From the NCBI GenBank assembly GCA_021741705.1, contig JAIOXP010000002.1, positions 7,499 to 71,498 of the forward strand: a stretch of DNA of 64,000 bases, given 5' to 3'. The notes below the pieces were generated by a model that saw nothing but the letters and a program-made list of their open reading frames with translations, was not told the origin of the DNA and did no database searches. The translations under genes and the position numbers were made by a program. Of this stretch, positions 10,444 through 20,657 are shown piece after piece. The DNA is from Rhodoluna sp. (GTDB lineage: Bacteria; Actinomycetota; Actinomycetes; Actinomycetales; Microbacteriaceae). Each line of letters opens with the position of its first letter. Positions within the stretch are counted from its first letter, which is position 1.

Positions 10444-11289
10444 TTACTTCACCGCTTTCCAAGACTTAGATTTTTCAATAACTCTGGCAACCAAATAGAT
10501 TGCAAAAGACAAAGTTGTAACGTACGGGCTAATTGGTAACCCGCCACCAAGGGCTAGCAATATTCCCCCCACTACAGATGCCACGGCAAAGCTAACACTT
10601 AGAACCGGAACCAAAACTGGGGAGGAAGTTAGTCTAAGGGCGGCGGCAGCTGGTGTAACAAGCAAAGTCATTACAAGCAGTGCTCCAACTACCTGAACTG
10701 ATGCCGCTACCGCCAAGGCCAGTAACAACATAAAAACAATTCCAAGAGTCTTGGTAGGGACCGCTCTAGCTTCAGCAACTTCCAGATCCAAGCTGGCAAA
10801 AGATAGTGGTCGCCAGATAACCAGCAAGGCGCTCACCACAACAACAGAGGTGGCGATAAGCCAGAACACTTGCGGGTCATCAACGGCAATGATTTGCCCA
10901 GTAAGCAACCCAAACTTGTTGGCTGCTCTGCCCTCGTAGAGAGCGAGTGCCAAGATGCCAATTCCAAGACCGAACGGCATCAGCACGGCAATGATTGAGT
11001 TTCTATCCTTAGCCCGAGATCCCATGATGGCAATGATGACCGCGGCAACTATCGAGCCAAGTGTTGCACCGAGTGCAATGTTTAGTCCGAATAGTAAAGC
11101 CAGCGCAGCGCCTGCAAAAGACAGTTCGCTGATGCCATGAACTGCAAAGGACATATCTCTTGTCATTACGAAAACACCAATCAGTCCACCCATAAGTCCA
11201 AGTAGTGCGCCGGCAATGAGCGAGTTCTGAACCAGCGGAATTAGCTGATCGTAATCAGAGAAGTCAAAGAGTCTGTCCATTAGATCCAC
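10444..11289 (-). CDS. znuB: Zn/Mn ABC transporter permease
   Basis: ABC-3 permease: HGISELSFAGA, VGALLV..LLVTPAAAA. Confidence 0.9.
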   Translation of the reverse strand: MDLMDRLFDFSDYDQLIPLVQNSLIAGALLGLMGGLIGVFVMTRDMSFAVHGISELSFAGAALALLFGLNIALGATLGSIVAAVIIAIMGSRAKDRNSIIAVLMPFGLGIGILALALYEGRAANKFGLLTGQIIAVDDPQVFWLIATSVVVVSALLVIWRPLSFASLDLEVAEARAVPTKTLGIVFMLLLALAVAASVQVVGALLVMTLLVTPAAAALRLTSSPVLVPVLSVSFAVASVVGGILLALGGGLPISPYVTTLSFAIYLVARVIEKSKSWKAVK

Positions 11290-12086
11290 TTCTCGTTCTC
11301 GTGATGATCGTGATTTGAAGAACCTAAAACCGCAATGCGTCCCTGGTTTCTTACAACATCGACATCCCGGCCGTAAAGCTTTGATAAAACATCAGATCTC
11401 AAAACCTCATCCGGAGTTCCGATTCGGAACTTTCCGTTAGCTAAATACAGCACCCTGTCGATGTAATCAAGTACCGGGTTTACATCATGTGTGACAAACA
11501 ACACCGCAGCGCCACTTAGTTGGCGCTGATTGTTTATTAGTTCTGCAACAACAGACTGCTGCTTTAGATCAAGTGCGCTAAGTGGCTCATCCGCCAAGAT
11601 CAACTTCGGCTTATCGATAACTGCTTGAGCAACTCGAATGCGTTGCAATTGACCACCAGAAAGTTGACCTATTGGAGTGTTCGCAATATCACTTGCTCCA
11701 ACCATTTCTAAAACTTCTGCAATTCGTTTATTGGTTTTTGAAGAAGGCAGCGGCAAACCAAAGCGGTGACCATCTAGTCCCATTCGAAGTAGATCTCTAG
11801 CGCGAAGTGGTAAGCCGCTATCAGCCTGGCGATGTTGGGGGATGTAGCCAACATTTCTGGAGCCGTGACGAACCGGTTCGCCAAATAGTTCAATCGATCC
11901 AGCAGATAAAGCAAGCTGACCCAAAATTGCTTTTAGTAGCACTGTCTTTCCTGAAGCATTCGCTCCAATGACCGCAATGAACTCACCTGGTTTTACGCTC
12001 AGGTCTAGATTGCTCCAAACACTTTTTTCAGCAAAACCAAGGCTTGCGTTTTTGACCTGTAGTACGGCCTCGTTGGAAGAAGTAAT
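11280..12086 (-). CDS. znuC: Zn/Mn ABC transporter ATP-binding protein (probable ATT start)
   Basis: The frame is open to 12086. Walker A GANASGKT lies upstream of the track's GTG. LSGGQ, LADEP and THD motifs present. Confidence 0.85.
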   Translation of the reverse strand: MTSSNEAVLQVKNASLGFAEKSVWSNLDLSVKPGEFIAVIGANASGKTVLLKAILGQLALSAGSIELFGEPVRHGSRNVGYIPQHRQADSGLPLRARDLLRMGLDGHRFGLPLPSSKTNKRIAEVLEMVGASDIANTPIGQLSGGQLQRIRVAQAVIDKPKLILADEPLSALDLKQQSVVAELINNQRQLSGAAVLFVTHDVNPVLDYIDRVLYLANGKFRIGTPDEVLRSDVLSKLYGRDVDVVRNQGRIAVLGSSNHDHHENEKWI

Positions 12087-13021
12087 TACTTTAGACCTGC
12101 CTCAATTGCGGAGATGTTTTGTTCCATCCATGCGAGATAGCCTAAACCTTCAGGCAAAAGCTCGCTCACCTGAATTACTGCTACTCCGTTAGCTTCCGCC
12201 AGTTCAACCAGTGCATCAATCTGAACCGATCCGGTCTGGACATTCACAACGAACAAGTCAACCGAGTTTGTTGAAATCAGATTCTGAATTCCCAGCAGAT
12301 CTGCAGGAGACACATCCAGCTCTTCCTCAATTGCTTGAGAGAAGGACTCGGGCGTGATGTTGGTAAGACCAAGCTCGGCAAGTAGGTAGTCGGCCACTGG
12401 CTCCGATGAAATCACCTTCGCGTCAGAAACCGAACTAGCAACTGCAGCTGCACGTTCTTCGAGAGATTCGATTCCAACTAGAAACTCTTCAAGGTTGGCT
12501 GTGTATTGCGCAGCGTTGTCTGGATCCAAAGTCTTTAGCTGCTCGGCTAGTCGAGATGCAAAATCCTCCACCACGTGGAAGTCGTACCAAACGTGTTCGT
12601 TACCGTGAGCATGATCGTGGTCGTGGTCGCCTTCTTCTGCAGCGTGGTCCTCTTCTTTGCCCTCTTCGGGTAGGTAGGCATAAACAACATTGCTGTTGCC
12701 AGCGGCCTCAGCCAGGGTGTCAATAAACGAGTCATAGCCGCCGCCGTTGGCAACAACTAGATCGGCATCGTTAACAGCCAGTTGATCTCTGGCGGATGCC
12801 TCGTAGGAGTGTGGGTCTTGGGAGAAGCTATCAATTATTGAAACGACCTGAACTAGGTCCCCGCCTACCGAGGAGGCGACATCGCCCCAGACGTTGGTGG
12901 AAGAAACAATCGTTAGCCCGGCAAAGGACTCATCGGTGGCATCTGTGGTCGAATCAGTGGCTGCACAGCCTGCTAGAAGAAGGACCGTGGCGGTGGCTAG
13001 GGCAAGGACTTTAGTTTTCAT
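12086..13021 (-). CDS. znuA: Zn/Mn ABC transporter substrate-binding lipoprotein
   Basis: Lipobox LAGC, DPHSYE, His/acidic loop DHDHDHAH, NEHVWY. Confidence 0.92.
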   Translation of the reverse strand: MKTKVLALATATVLLLAGCAATDSTTDATDESFAGLTIVSSTNVWGDVASSVGGDLVQVVSIIDSFSQDPHSYEASARDQLAVNDADLVVANGGGYDSFIDTLAEAAGNSNVVYAYLPEEGKEEDHAAEEGDHDHDHAHGNEHVWYDFHVVEDFASRLAEQLKTLDPDNAAQYTANLEEFLVGIESLEERAAAVASSVSDAKVISSEPVADYLLAELGLTNITPESFSQAIEEELDVSPADLLGIQNLISTNSVDLFVVNVQTGSVQIDALVELAEANGVAVIQVSELLPEGLGYLAWMEQNISAIEAGLK

Positions 13022-13037
13022 ACCCTCAAGATAACAC

Positions 13038-13060
13038 TTATTGATAATGATTGTCAATAA
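13038..13060. promoter_or_regulatory. Zur box
   Basis: Palindrome TTATTGATAATGATTGTCAATAA just upstream of znuA; resembles the actinobacterial Zur operator. Confidence 0.85.
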
Positions 13061-13072
13061 TGATAGTGAGGT

Positions 13073-13282
13073 CTATAGACCGTTCTTTTTCCGGAACACG
13101 GCAACAATGGCATTGGCGTGGCCATGGCCCATTTCGAATTTTGTCTTTAGGTGAGCTACTTGCTCCATGTGAGTTAGCTTGATGACTTTCTTGAGCTCTT
13201 TCATCCAGTGCTCAATTGGCTTTCCGTACTTCGCCTGAATCGAAGGAAAATATGAGGCTGGGCCAGTTACCTTTTCTGCCAT
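13073..13282 (-). CDS. DUF4287-family small protein
   Basis: GPASYFPSI..KYGKPI..W...HGHANAIV. Confidence 0.85.
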   Translation of the reverse strand: MAEKVTGPASYFPSIQAKYGKPIEHWMKELKKVIKLTHMEQVAHLKTKFEMGHGHANAIVAVFRKKNGL

Positions 13283-13294
13283 TGCTTTTTCTTT

Positions 13295-14641
13295 CTAGTC
13301 CAGCAGTAGCGCCGGTTCTTCGATTACCGATGCTACATCTTGGACAAATCTGGACGCAACATCGCCATCCACAACTCGGTGATCGAAGGTGGCGCCAATT
13401 GTGGTCACCTGGCGAATCACAATCTCGTTGTTTACAACCCAAGGCTTTGGGCGAATCGAACCAAGCGCCACAATTGCAACCTGACCTGGGTTCAAGATTG
13501 GTGTTCCTGTGTCAACACCAAAGACACCGATGTTGGTGATTGTGATGGTTCCATCTTTCATGTCCTCTGGTGTGGTTTTTCCCTCACGAGCTGTGGCTGC
13601 AAGTAATTCAAGCTGTCGAGCAAGTTCAAGCATCGACATCCGATCCGCATCTTTGATGTTTGGAACAATCAACCCACGCGGTGTTGCGGCAGCAACACCA
13701 AAGTTTACGAAGTTGTGAACAATGATTTCTTTGTCTGTCCAGGTTGAGTTGACTGTTGGGTTTCGTCTAACCGCCCACATCATTGCCTTGGCCATAAGTA
13801 GCAAGGGGGTAACTTTCACACCAGCAAAATCTGTTGAAGCTTTGAGTCTCTTTACGTATTCCATAGTTCTGGTGGCATCGACATCAACAAATATCGAAAC
13901 GTGCGGTGCGGTAAAAGCAGACTGCACCATCGCCGTTGCGATAGCTTTTCTAACACCCTTAACAGGAATGCGCTCTTCGCGCTCCGATGGAATCGCAGGA
14001 GTCGTTAGATTTCTAAACACCGAAGCTTGACTTGCGGCATTGACAACATCTTCGCGCGTTATTTCTCCAGCTGGACCAGTAGATGCAACTTTAGAAAGAT
14101 CCACGTTTAAATCCTTGGCAAGTTTTCTAATCGGTGGCTTTGCGATTACATCGCCACTAAGCGCAGATGGGACCGCAGAAGTTGCAGTTGGTATCGCGCT
14201 TGCCAAAGAAGCTAAAGGAACCGTTCCAGAGCGTTTGCGTCTGGTTGCGCCGTGACCGGCGGAACCATAACCAACCAGGTTGGGCTTGGTTTCATCTGAT
14301 GCAACCGATGAGGCAACATCGGCAACGGCTTCGTGCATGGAGTCAGACTCGGTAATTATCGGAATAGAGCTGGTGGCGGGACCTGCTACCAAGATGTTTC
14401 CTTCGGCCTGGACCGAGATGATTGGGGTGCCAACCAAGACGGTGTCGCCTTCTTTGGCAAAGAGCTTTTCGATTGTTCCTGCGAACGGGCAAGGTAGCTC
14501 AACGATTGATTTTGCGGTTTCAATTTCGCAAATAACTTGGTTCACGCTTACCTGGTCGCCAGCTGCTACTTTCCAAGAAACAATTTCGGCTTCAGTTAGA
14601 CCTTCGCCAACATCGGGCAAGTTGAATACTGCAAGTGACAT
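13295..14641 (-). CDS. pdhC: 2-oxoacid (pyruvate) dehydrogenase E2 dihydrolipoamide acyltransferase
   Basis: Lipoyl domain ETAKS, E3-binding domain, catalytic DHRVVDG. Confidence 0.92.
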   Translation of the reverse strand: MSLAVFNLPDVGEGLTEAEIVSWKVAAGDQVSVNQVICEIETAKSIVELPCPFAGTIEKLFAKEGDTVLVGTPIISVQAEGNILVAGPATSSIPIITESDSMHEAVADVASSVASDETKPNLVGYGSAGHGATRRKRSGTVPLASLASAIPTATSAVPSALSGDVIAKPPIRKLAKDLNVDLSKVASTGPAGEITREDVVNAASQASVFRNLTTPAIPSEREERIPVKGVRKAIATAMVQSAFTAPHVSIFVDVDATRTMEYVKRLKASTDFAGVKVTPLLLMAKAMMWAVRRNPTVNSTWTDKEIIVHNFVNFGVAAATPRGLIVPNIKDADRMSMLELARQLELLAATAREGKTTPEDMKDGTITITNIGVFGVDTGTPILNPGQVAIVALGSIRPKPWVVNNEIVIRQVTTIGATFDHRVVDGDVASRFVQDVASVIEEPALLLD

Positions 14642-14655
14642 CTTCTTACCCTTTC

Positions 14656-15639
14656 TTAGTAGGCGAGCGAACGATCTACTGCTTCTAGAATCCGATCTGC
14701 ATCGGGTAGGAACAGTTCTTCAAGTTTGGCAGGTGGATATGGCACATCGAAGCTTCCAACCCGAAGTACAGGTGCCTCGAGGCTATAAAAGGCCAATTCA
14801 GCCACCTTTGCAGCTACTTCAGATGCAACCGAGTAAGAAGTTGAAGCCTCTGACGCAATTACCAAGCGACCGGTTTTTCGAACCGAGTTCAAGATTGTTG
14901 GAAAATCAATTGGAGAAATTGATCGAAGATCAATTACCTCCAAGCTGATTCCCTCAGCGGTGGCAAGGTCTGCAGCTTGCAAAGCGGTTACCACCATCGG
15001 TCCGTAGCTAACTAGCGTTACTTGAGTTCCCTCGCGCAAAACTTTTGCCTGATGCATGGTGGCCGGTGGTGTATCGAGATTTACTGTTCCTTTGAGCCAG
15101 TAGCGTCTCTTGGGTTCAAAGAAGATTACTGGGTCATTTGATTCAATTGCTTGCTGAATCATCCAGTAAGCATCGTTTGGATTTGAAGGGCTAATTACTC
15201 GAAGTCCTGGAGTGTGAGCGAAATATGCTTCGGGGGATTCACTGTGATGCTCGACGGCACCAATTCCTCCTCCGTAAGGAATACGAATGACAACCGGCAT
15301 GCTCAAATGGCCTTCAGATCTGTTTGTTAGCTTCGCAAGCTGCGAAACGATTTGATCAAATGCCGGATACACAAAACCTTCAAACTGAATCTCCGCTATT
15401 GGTTTGTAGCCGCGCATTGCAAGACCAATTGCAGTTCCAACAATTCCAGATTCAGCAATAGGAGAGTTGAACACTTTTTGATTTCCAAATTCTGCAAGTA
15501 ATCCTTCGGTGACTCGAAACACTCCACCTAGTTCTGCAACGTCTTCTCCAAATACCAAGACCTTGGAGTCTTTTTGCATTTGCTTCTGAATGCCCGCGTT
15601 GATTGCTTTGGCAATACTCATCTCAGCTGTGTTGGTCAT
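14656..15639 (-). CDS. pdhB: 2-oxoacid dehydrogenase E1 beta subunit
   Basis: [22 protein letters not shown]. Confidence 0.93.
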   Translation of the reverse strand: MTNTAEMSIAKAINAGIQKQMQKDSKVLVFGEDVAELGGVFRVTEGLLAEFGNQKVFNSPIAESGIVGTAIGLAMRGYKPIAEIQFEGFVYPAFDQIVSQLAKLTNRSEGHLSMPVVIRIPYGGGIGAVEHHSESPEAYFAHTPGLRVISPSNPNDAYWMIQQAIESNDPVIFFEPKRRYWLKGTVNLDTPPATMHQAKVLREGTQVTLVSYGPMVVTALQAADLATAEGISLEVIDLRSISPIDFPTILNSVRKTGRLVIASEASTSYSVASEVAAKVAELAFYSLEAPVLRVGSFDVPYPPAKLEELFLPDADRILEAVDRSLAY

Positions 15640-16760
15640 TTCGAATCCTCCTCAAATGAGGATTCGTAGTTTTCTAGCCAGGCCTGCTGCTCTTGAACCA
15701 GCGGGTGTGGGTCGGTATAGACGTGCTTGAAGATGTTCTCTAAAGGAGGGTTAGGCATAGCAAAGGTAGCTTCCCGAATTTGAGTTGCTAGATCATCGCC
15801 GGCTTGAGCAACCTCTTGGAAGAACTCGTCGCCGACACCTTGGCGGCGAAGGAACTTCTCAAATCGGGTTATTGGGTCTCGGGCAATCCAGTAGTCAGTT
15901 TCTTCTTGAGGTCGGTACTTCGACGGGTCATCGCTTGTGGTGTGTGCACCGACTCGATAGGTCAGCGCCTCAATAAGTGATGGGCCAAGGCCATTTCTAG
16001 CATCATCCATGTGCTTTGCGGTTACCGCGTAGCAAGCCAAAACATCGTTACCGTCCACTTGGATTCCAGGAACCCCAAAGCCTTCACCTCGAAGATAAAG
16101 AGGAACTACCGTTTGGGCAGATACTGGCGAGCTAATTGCCCACTGATTGTTCTGACAAAAGAAAACCAATGGCGATTTGTTGACCGCGGCAAACAAGAGG
16201 GCTTCGCTAACATCACCCTCGGCGGTTGCGCCATCGCCAAAGTAAGTAATTACCGCTTGGTCAATCTCCGGGTCACCGGTTCCAACATTGCCATCGAAGT
16301 TGACACCCATCGCATAACCGGCTGCGTGCAGCACCTGGGTTCCCAAGACAATTGCATAGAGATGAAATCTTGTTTCTTCGGGATTCCAACCACCGTGATT
16401 CACACCGCGCATCATCTTGATAATCGACATCAAATCAATTCCGTGGGTTATCGCCACGCCGTGCTCGCGGTAGCTGGGAAACATGTGATCGTTCTTTCCA
16501 ACGGCGTAACCTGATCCGATTTGGGCAGCTTCTTGACCAACTGCGGGAACCCAGAGACCCATTTGTCCTTGGCGTTGCAAGGCGGTGCACTCGTTATCAA
16601 AGCGACGAATTCGCGCCATGTCGCGATAGAACTTCAAAAAGTCGTCGAGGGTTAGCTTTTCAATATATTTGCCATAGTGTGCGTATTCGCTAGGCACCTC
16701 AAACACGCCATCCGGAGACAGCATCTGAACTTGCGGCACGCGGCCCGCCGAAGTAGTCAC
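15636..16760 (-). CDS. pdhA: 2-oxoacid dehydrogenase E1 alpha subunit
   Basis: GQEAAQ, TPP motif GDGA...NN, HTTSDDP. Start set at GTG 16760 behind a TAAATT -10 element. Confidence 0.92.
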   Translation of the reverse strand: MTTSAGRVPQVQMLSPDGVFEVPSEYAHYGKYIEKLTLDDFLKFYRDMARIRRFDNECTALQRQGQMGLWVPAVGQEAAQIGSGYAVGKNDHMFPSYREHGVAITHGIDLMSIIKMMRGVNHGGWNPEETRFHLYAIVLGTQVLHAAGYAMGVNFDGNVGTGDPEIDQAVITYFGDGATAEGDVSEALLFAAVNKSPLVFFCQNNQWAISSPVSAQTVVPLYLRGEGFGVPGIQVDGNDVLACYAVTAKHMDDARNGLGPSLIEALTYRVGAHTTSDDPSKYRPQEETDYWIARDPITRFEKFLRRQGVGDEFFQEVAQAGDDLATQIREATFAMPNPPLENIFKHVYTDPHPLVQEQQAWLENYESSFEEDSK

Positions 16761-16798
16761 AGACTCTAATTTAGCTCTAATGCTGGGACAATAGAAAA

Positions 16799-17224
16799 AT
16801 GATTCGTTTCTTTGTCTCCACCTCAATAAACGCGCTAGCTCTATGGGTTGCAACAATCCTTATTCCAGCCATAACACTCACTCCTTACGGTGGTGAAGGG
16901 CTCTGGCAGCGAATTGGTTCCTTCTTACTTGTTGGAGCAATCTTTGGTTTAGTGAACGCGATAATCGCACCGATTATCAAAGTGCTGACGTTCCCGCTTT
17001 ACATTCTCACTTTTGGTCTGATCTCATTTGTTATCAATGGAGCTCTGCTTTTGTTTGTTGCCTGGCTTTCATCTCAAATTGGATCTGACATCTTCACCAT
17101 CGATGGCTTCACCTCTGAAGGTCTAACGATTGAGTCCATGGGTTGGGCAATCTTGGGTGCAGTAATCATTTCGATTGCTTCCTTGATTGGCCGCTGGATT
17201 TTCAAGGTCCTCAGAATTCTCTAG
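16799..17224 (+). CDS. 4-TM 'phage holin family' (YvlD-like) membrane protein
   Basis: INALALWV...FGLVNAII.PI...LTFPL.ILT.GL..FVIN. Confidence 0.85.
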   Translation: MIRFFVSTSINALALWVATILIPAITLTPYGGEGLWQRIGSFLLVGAIFGLVNAIIAPIIKVLTFPLYILTFGLISFVINGALLLFVAWLSSQIGSDIFTIDGFTSEGLTIESMGWAILGAVIISIASLIGRWIFKVLRIL

Positions 17225-18269
17225 AGATAACAAAATCCATCGCCTTTCCAACAGGCGCCCCTTGCACCTGAGACAGTAGCTGCTGCTTGATGTTCACAAT
17301 CCCCTTGACTTTTGACGCATCCACTTCTTGAGTTGTGTTTTTATAGCTTTTCAAAGAATGCGAATGCATCGGGGCATCTGATTCCAAAGATAGGGAAGTG
17401 CGTTGAATCGTCACCCAGTTTTTGGTTATTGGATTCACTCTTCCGGAAGCATTTGGGATTGGGTCATTCACATGCTCTATTGCCATCACCGGAACCTTAG
17501 TTAATTTCAATTGCGCAATCGGAGCACCGATGGTTACCAAACCGGCTGCTATATAACCGGCGGGGTGCTGGGCAAGATTGCCCGCCACCATTCCACCTTG
17601 CGAGTGCCCAACGAATATCACTTCGTCGGTTGCCATAATGCCAGCTTGATTCATGGCTTCCAATACAGCTCGTTCGCTAGCAGCTAAGCCGTTACCTTGC
17701 ATTGCCAAAATGTTGGACTGCAGATCAAGCGGATTTGATCCATCTCCAAGGCCTAGGGTCTGTGTACCAGGAATGTAGACAATTGCGGTTCTTTGATCTG
17801 CGGTTTGGAAGAATTCAATGCCAACCGTAGGTTGGGTTTTTGATGACACCTGCGATAAACGATCTAGTAGTTGCGTTATGGAATTTGGAGAACGGGTGGC
17901 GAAGGTGCTCGTCTTGGTTGCAGAAACCGTGTGGTCAAATTTCCAACCGAAAGTTGTGGCGATGTTGTTGGTGACTTCCGCAAGGGCTGGAACAAAGTGA
18001 ATTTCAAATCGCCTGTGAATTTGGGCTTCTGTTGAAAAATACTGTTCGGAGGCGACCAGGCAATTACTGTGTAGGCGCTCTAGTTTTGAGAGGACGTTTA
18101 TTGTTGCCGCTCGGTACTGCAGCTGACGAAGTGGGTCCGATAACAAAGATTCAATCAAGCTAAATGCTGCTAGTTGCTCCGCTGCAAGTTTGATCTCGAA
18201 AGCAACGCGGTGTATTTCTTCGCGGGTAGCGACAATGTCTGGATTTCCCCCGTAGCTATCAATAGTCAC
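17211..18269 (-). CDS. Alpha/beta hydrolase with helical N-terminal domain
   Basis: VYIPGT, GHSQGG nucleophile, G.P, DPIP, C-terminal H. Confidence 0.8.
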   Translation of the reverse strand: MTIDSYGGNPDIVATREEIHRVAFEIKLAAEQLAAFSLIESLLSDPLRQLQYRAATINVLSKLERLHSNCLVASEQYFSTEAQIHRRFEIHFVPALAEVTNNIATTFGWKFDHTVSATKTSTFATRSPNSITQLLDRLSQVSSKTQPTVGIEFFQTADQRTAIVYIPGTQTLGLGDGSNPLDLQSNILAMQGNGLAASERAVLEAMNQAGIMATDEVIFVGHSQGGMVAGNLAQHPAGYIAAGLVTIGAPIAQLKLTKVPVMAIEHVNDPIPNASGRVNPITKNWVTIQRTSLSLESDAPMHSHSLKSYKNTTQEVDASKVKGIVNIKQQLLSQVQGAPVGKAMDFVISREF

Positions 18270-18427
18270 CAGTTCAGGGATTGCCCTAGGGCAATTAGTT
18301 CAGACTCTAAAGCTGCAAGTTGAGAGGTAACAACTAAGGCAGCTGCCCCGCACCAGTAGCCGGGCTCAGGCTTGGCAAGCCTAATTCGATAAAGGCTTTG
18401 CTCAATTTGAGACTGAATCTGGTCCAC
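18266..18427 (-). CDS. Small hypothetical protein with a W-x-G motif
   Basis: Manual ORF VDQIQSQIEQSLYRIRLAKPEPGYWCGAAALVVTSQLAALESELIALGQSLNW. Its TGA overlaps the hydrolase GTG (GTGA coupling). Confidence 0.55.
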   Translation of the reverse strand: MDQIQSQIEQSLYRIRLAKPEPGYWCGAAALVVTSQLAALESELIALGQSLNW

Positions 18428-18527
18428 GTAAATACTCTGCGCTGTTTGATTAGATTTTTGGCATCAAATTTGCGAATTGTTGAAAGCCCGAAGGCAATAA
18501 CAGCCCTCGATGCGCCAGAATGGTTTG

Positions 18528-19907
18528 GTGAGCCTTTCTTCGCAGCCAATTAGCCCGCTAGACGGTCGATACGCACCGGCTGTTTCTGAGCTTTCTCTAT
18601 TGCTTTCCGAAGCCGGTCTAAACCGGGCCAGGGTTCAAGTCGAAATTGAATGGCTCTTGCTGCTTGCAAACTCCGAGATTTTTGGTCGTGACAGGTATGT
18701 CACCGAAGAACAAGCCAAAGCTCTAAGAAAAGCCTTTGAAGACTTTAGTGACGAAGACGTTTTGGCACTAGCTGCGATTGAAGCCACAACCAAACACGAC
18801 GTCAAAGCAGTCGAGTACTTTGTTAGAGATAAACTCACCAAACTAGATCGCAAGGACCTACACGAGCTAACTCACTTCGCGGCAACCAGCGAAGACATCA
18901 ATAATCTCTCCTACGCTCTGACTATCAAGCAAGCTGTAACCACGGTCTGGCTACCAAAAGCCAAAGCAGTTGTTCAGGAGCTTTCTCTACTAGCCAAGTC
19001 CTCGGCTGGCGTTTCGATGCTTTCTAGAACACATGGCCAGCCGGCAACGCCAACCACTATGGGTAAAGAAATGGCGGTCTTTGTTCACAGACTCCAAAGA
19101 CAAATTGCTCGCATTGAAAAAACCAGCTATCTAGGAAAGTTCTCTGGGGCTACTGGAACCTACTCAGCACATATGGTTGCGGTCCCTAATTTTGACTGGC
19201 AAGCATTTGCAAAGAAGTTTGTCGAGTCACTTGGTCTTGAATTCAACCCACTAACTACCCAGATTGAATCGCATGACTGGCAAGCGGAGCTTTACCAGAG
19301 TGTTACTCACTTCAACAGAATCTTGCATAACCTAGCTACCGATATCTGGAGTTACATCTCCATTGGTTACTTCACCCAGATTCCCGTTAAAGGCGCAACC
19401 GGTTCTTCGACCATGCCTCACAAAATCAACCCGATCAGGTTCGAAAACGCAGAGGCCAACCTTGAGCTATCCAACGCCGTACTAGACAACCTGGCCCAGA
19501 CCTTGGTCACCTCACGGATGCAAAGAGATTTGTCTGATTCCTCGGCCCAAAGAAACATTGGGGTTGGCTTTGGTCACTCACTAGTCGCAATAGATAACAT
19601 TCACAAAGGCTTAGGGGAGATCAAGGTCGCTGATGCGGCAATCGCTGCCGACTTGGCAGATAACTGGGAAGTTTTAGCCGAGGCTATCCAAACTGTTATT
19701 CGCGCCGATGTTGCAAGCGGTAAGTCAGAGATCGCCAACCCCTACGAGCTACTCAAAGACCTGAGTCGAGGCAAGAGGCTTACTCGTGAAGACCTAGCTG
19801 ATTTTGTTTTGAAGCTAGATATCCCTCAGGCATCAAAAGATAGAGTGCTTTCCTTGTCCCCGAAGGATTACACGGGGCTTGCTAAGAAATTGGCTGAGTC
19901 GATCTAA
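18528..19907 (+). CDS. purB: Adenylosuccinate lyase
   Basis: SPLDGRY, TSEDINN, RTHGQPA, GSSTMPHKINP. Confidence 0.97.
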   Translation: MSLSSQPISPLDGRYAPAVSELSLLLSEAGLNRARVQVEIEWLLLLANSEIFGRDRYVTEEQAKALRKAFEDFSDEDVLALAAIEATTKHDVKAVEYFVRDKLTKLDRKDLHELTHFAATSEDINNLSYALTIKQAVTTVWLPKAKAVVQELSLLAKSSAGVSMLSRTHGQPATPTTMGKEMAVFVHRLQRQIARIEKTSYLGKFSGATGTYSAHMVAVPNFDWQAFAKKFVESLGLEFNPLTTQIESHDWQAELYQSVTHFNRILHNLATDIWSYISIGYFTQIPVKGATGSSTMPHKINPIRFENAEANLELSNAVLDNLAQTLVTSRMQRDLSDSSAQRNIGVGFGHSLVAIDNIHKGLGEIKVADAAIAADLADNWEVLAEAIQTVIRADVASGKSEIANPYELLKDLSRGKRLTREDLADFVLKLDIPQASKDRVLSLSPKDYTGLAKKLAESI

Positions 19908-20116
19908 CGAAGAACGGGTTTGTCCGGATCGTTGTTTTGCTCCGGAACCATAAGTGCCAAAGTTGCTATTCCAACCAAAGAAACAATAAAAGTTACTCCG
20001 GCTGCTATTAGCACCATGTCAACTTTTCTCACTCCAAAAAAGACCAAAACTCCAACAAACGCTGCCGCTACTGCAGACAGCGTCAAAAATGTTGTGGCGG
20101 TTAATTTCTTGGGCAT
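19904..20116 (-). CDS. Small 2-TM membrane protein
   Basis: Two hydrophobic helices; TAGGCT -10 element 6 nt before ATG. Confidence 0.7.
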   Translation of the reverse strand: MPKKLTATTFLTLSAVAAAFVGVLVFFGVRKVDMVLIAAGVTFIVSLVGIATLALMVPEQNNDPDKPVLR

Positions 20117-20131
20117 AGAGCCAGCCTAAAG

Positions 20132-20644
20132 CTATTTTTGCGGGGTTAGAGCAGCAATACCTAAATGCACACCGCAGATAACTAAATATGCTCCAAAGAA
20201 ACCAACAGCGCTAACGATATCTAGTGGTGCAATCAAGAAAAGTGCTCCAAGAGCTAAGCCAAGAACTGCAGTGATAAGCCCATCCTTGCCAGCACGAGTT
20301 CTAAAGCCACTTCGATTCGCGAGATAAAGCTCGAGCGCACCAGATACAAAAGCCCAACCGGACACCAAGTAGACAAACGCTAACGATTGAGCAGTTGTTT
20401 CGGTTTGGGGGATTAGCACTGCAAATAAACCAACGGCCAAGGAGATAAGAGTCAGAGGAAGTGACTCGACCGATAAGTAACTTCTTTTGTCCCAGATAGT
20501 TGCGGCGGTGTTGGCTACTGCAAATCCAATTCCAAAAATAGCTAGCGCCAACAATCCTGTTGCCGCTGAGTGCGACTGAGTAAATGTAATAAAAAGTCCA
20601 ACAGCAACAAAAACTATTGCCCTTACGCTAAGAACTTTCTGCAA
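20132..20644 (-). CDS. HdeD/DUF308-like membrane protein
   Basis: Six hydrophobic helices in a repeated pattern, downstream of dnaB. Confidence 0.65.
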   Translation of the reverse strand: MQKVLSVRAIVFVAVGLFITFTQSHSAATGLLALAIFGIGFAVANTAATIWDKRSYLSVESLPLTLISLAVGLFAVLIPQTETTAQSLAFVYLVSGWAFVSGALELYLANRSGFRTRAGKDGLITAVLGLALGALFLIAPLDIVSAVGFFGAYLVICGVHLGIAALTPQK

Positions 20645-20657
20645 GATGAGATTCTTG

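Noticed and set aside
16799-17224. Holin-family gene as evidence of a prophage
   Set aside because: This is a chromosomal 4-TM family among housekeeping genes; no phage genes are nearby
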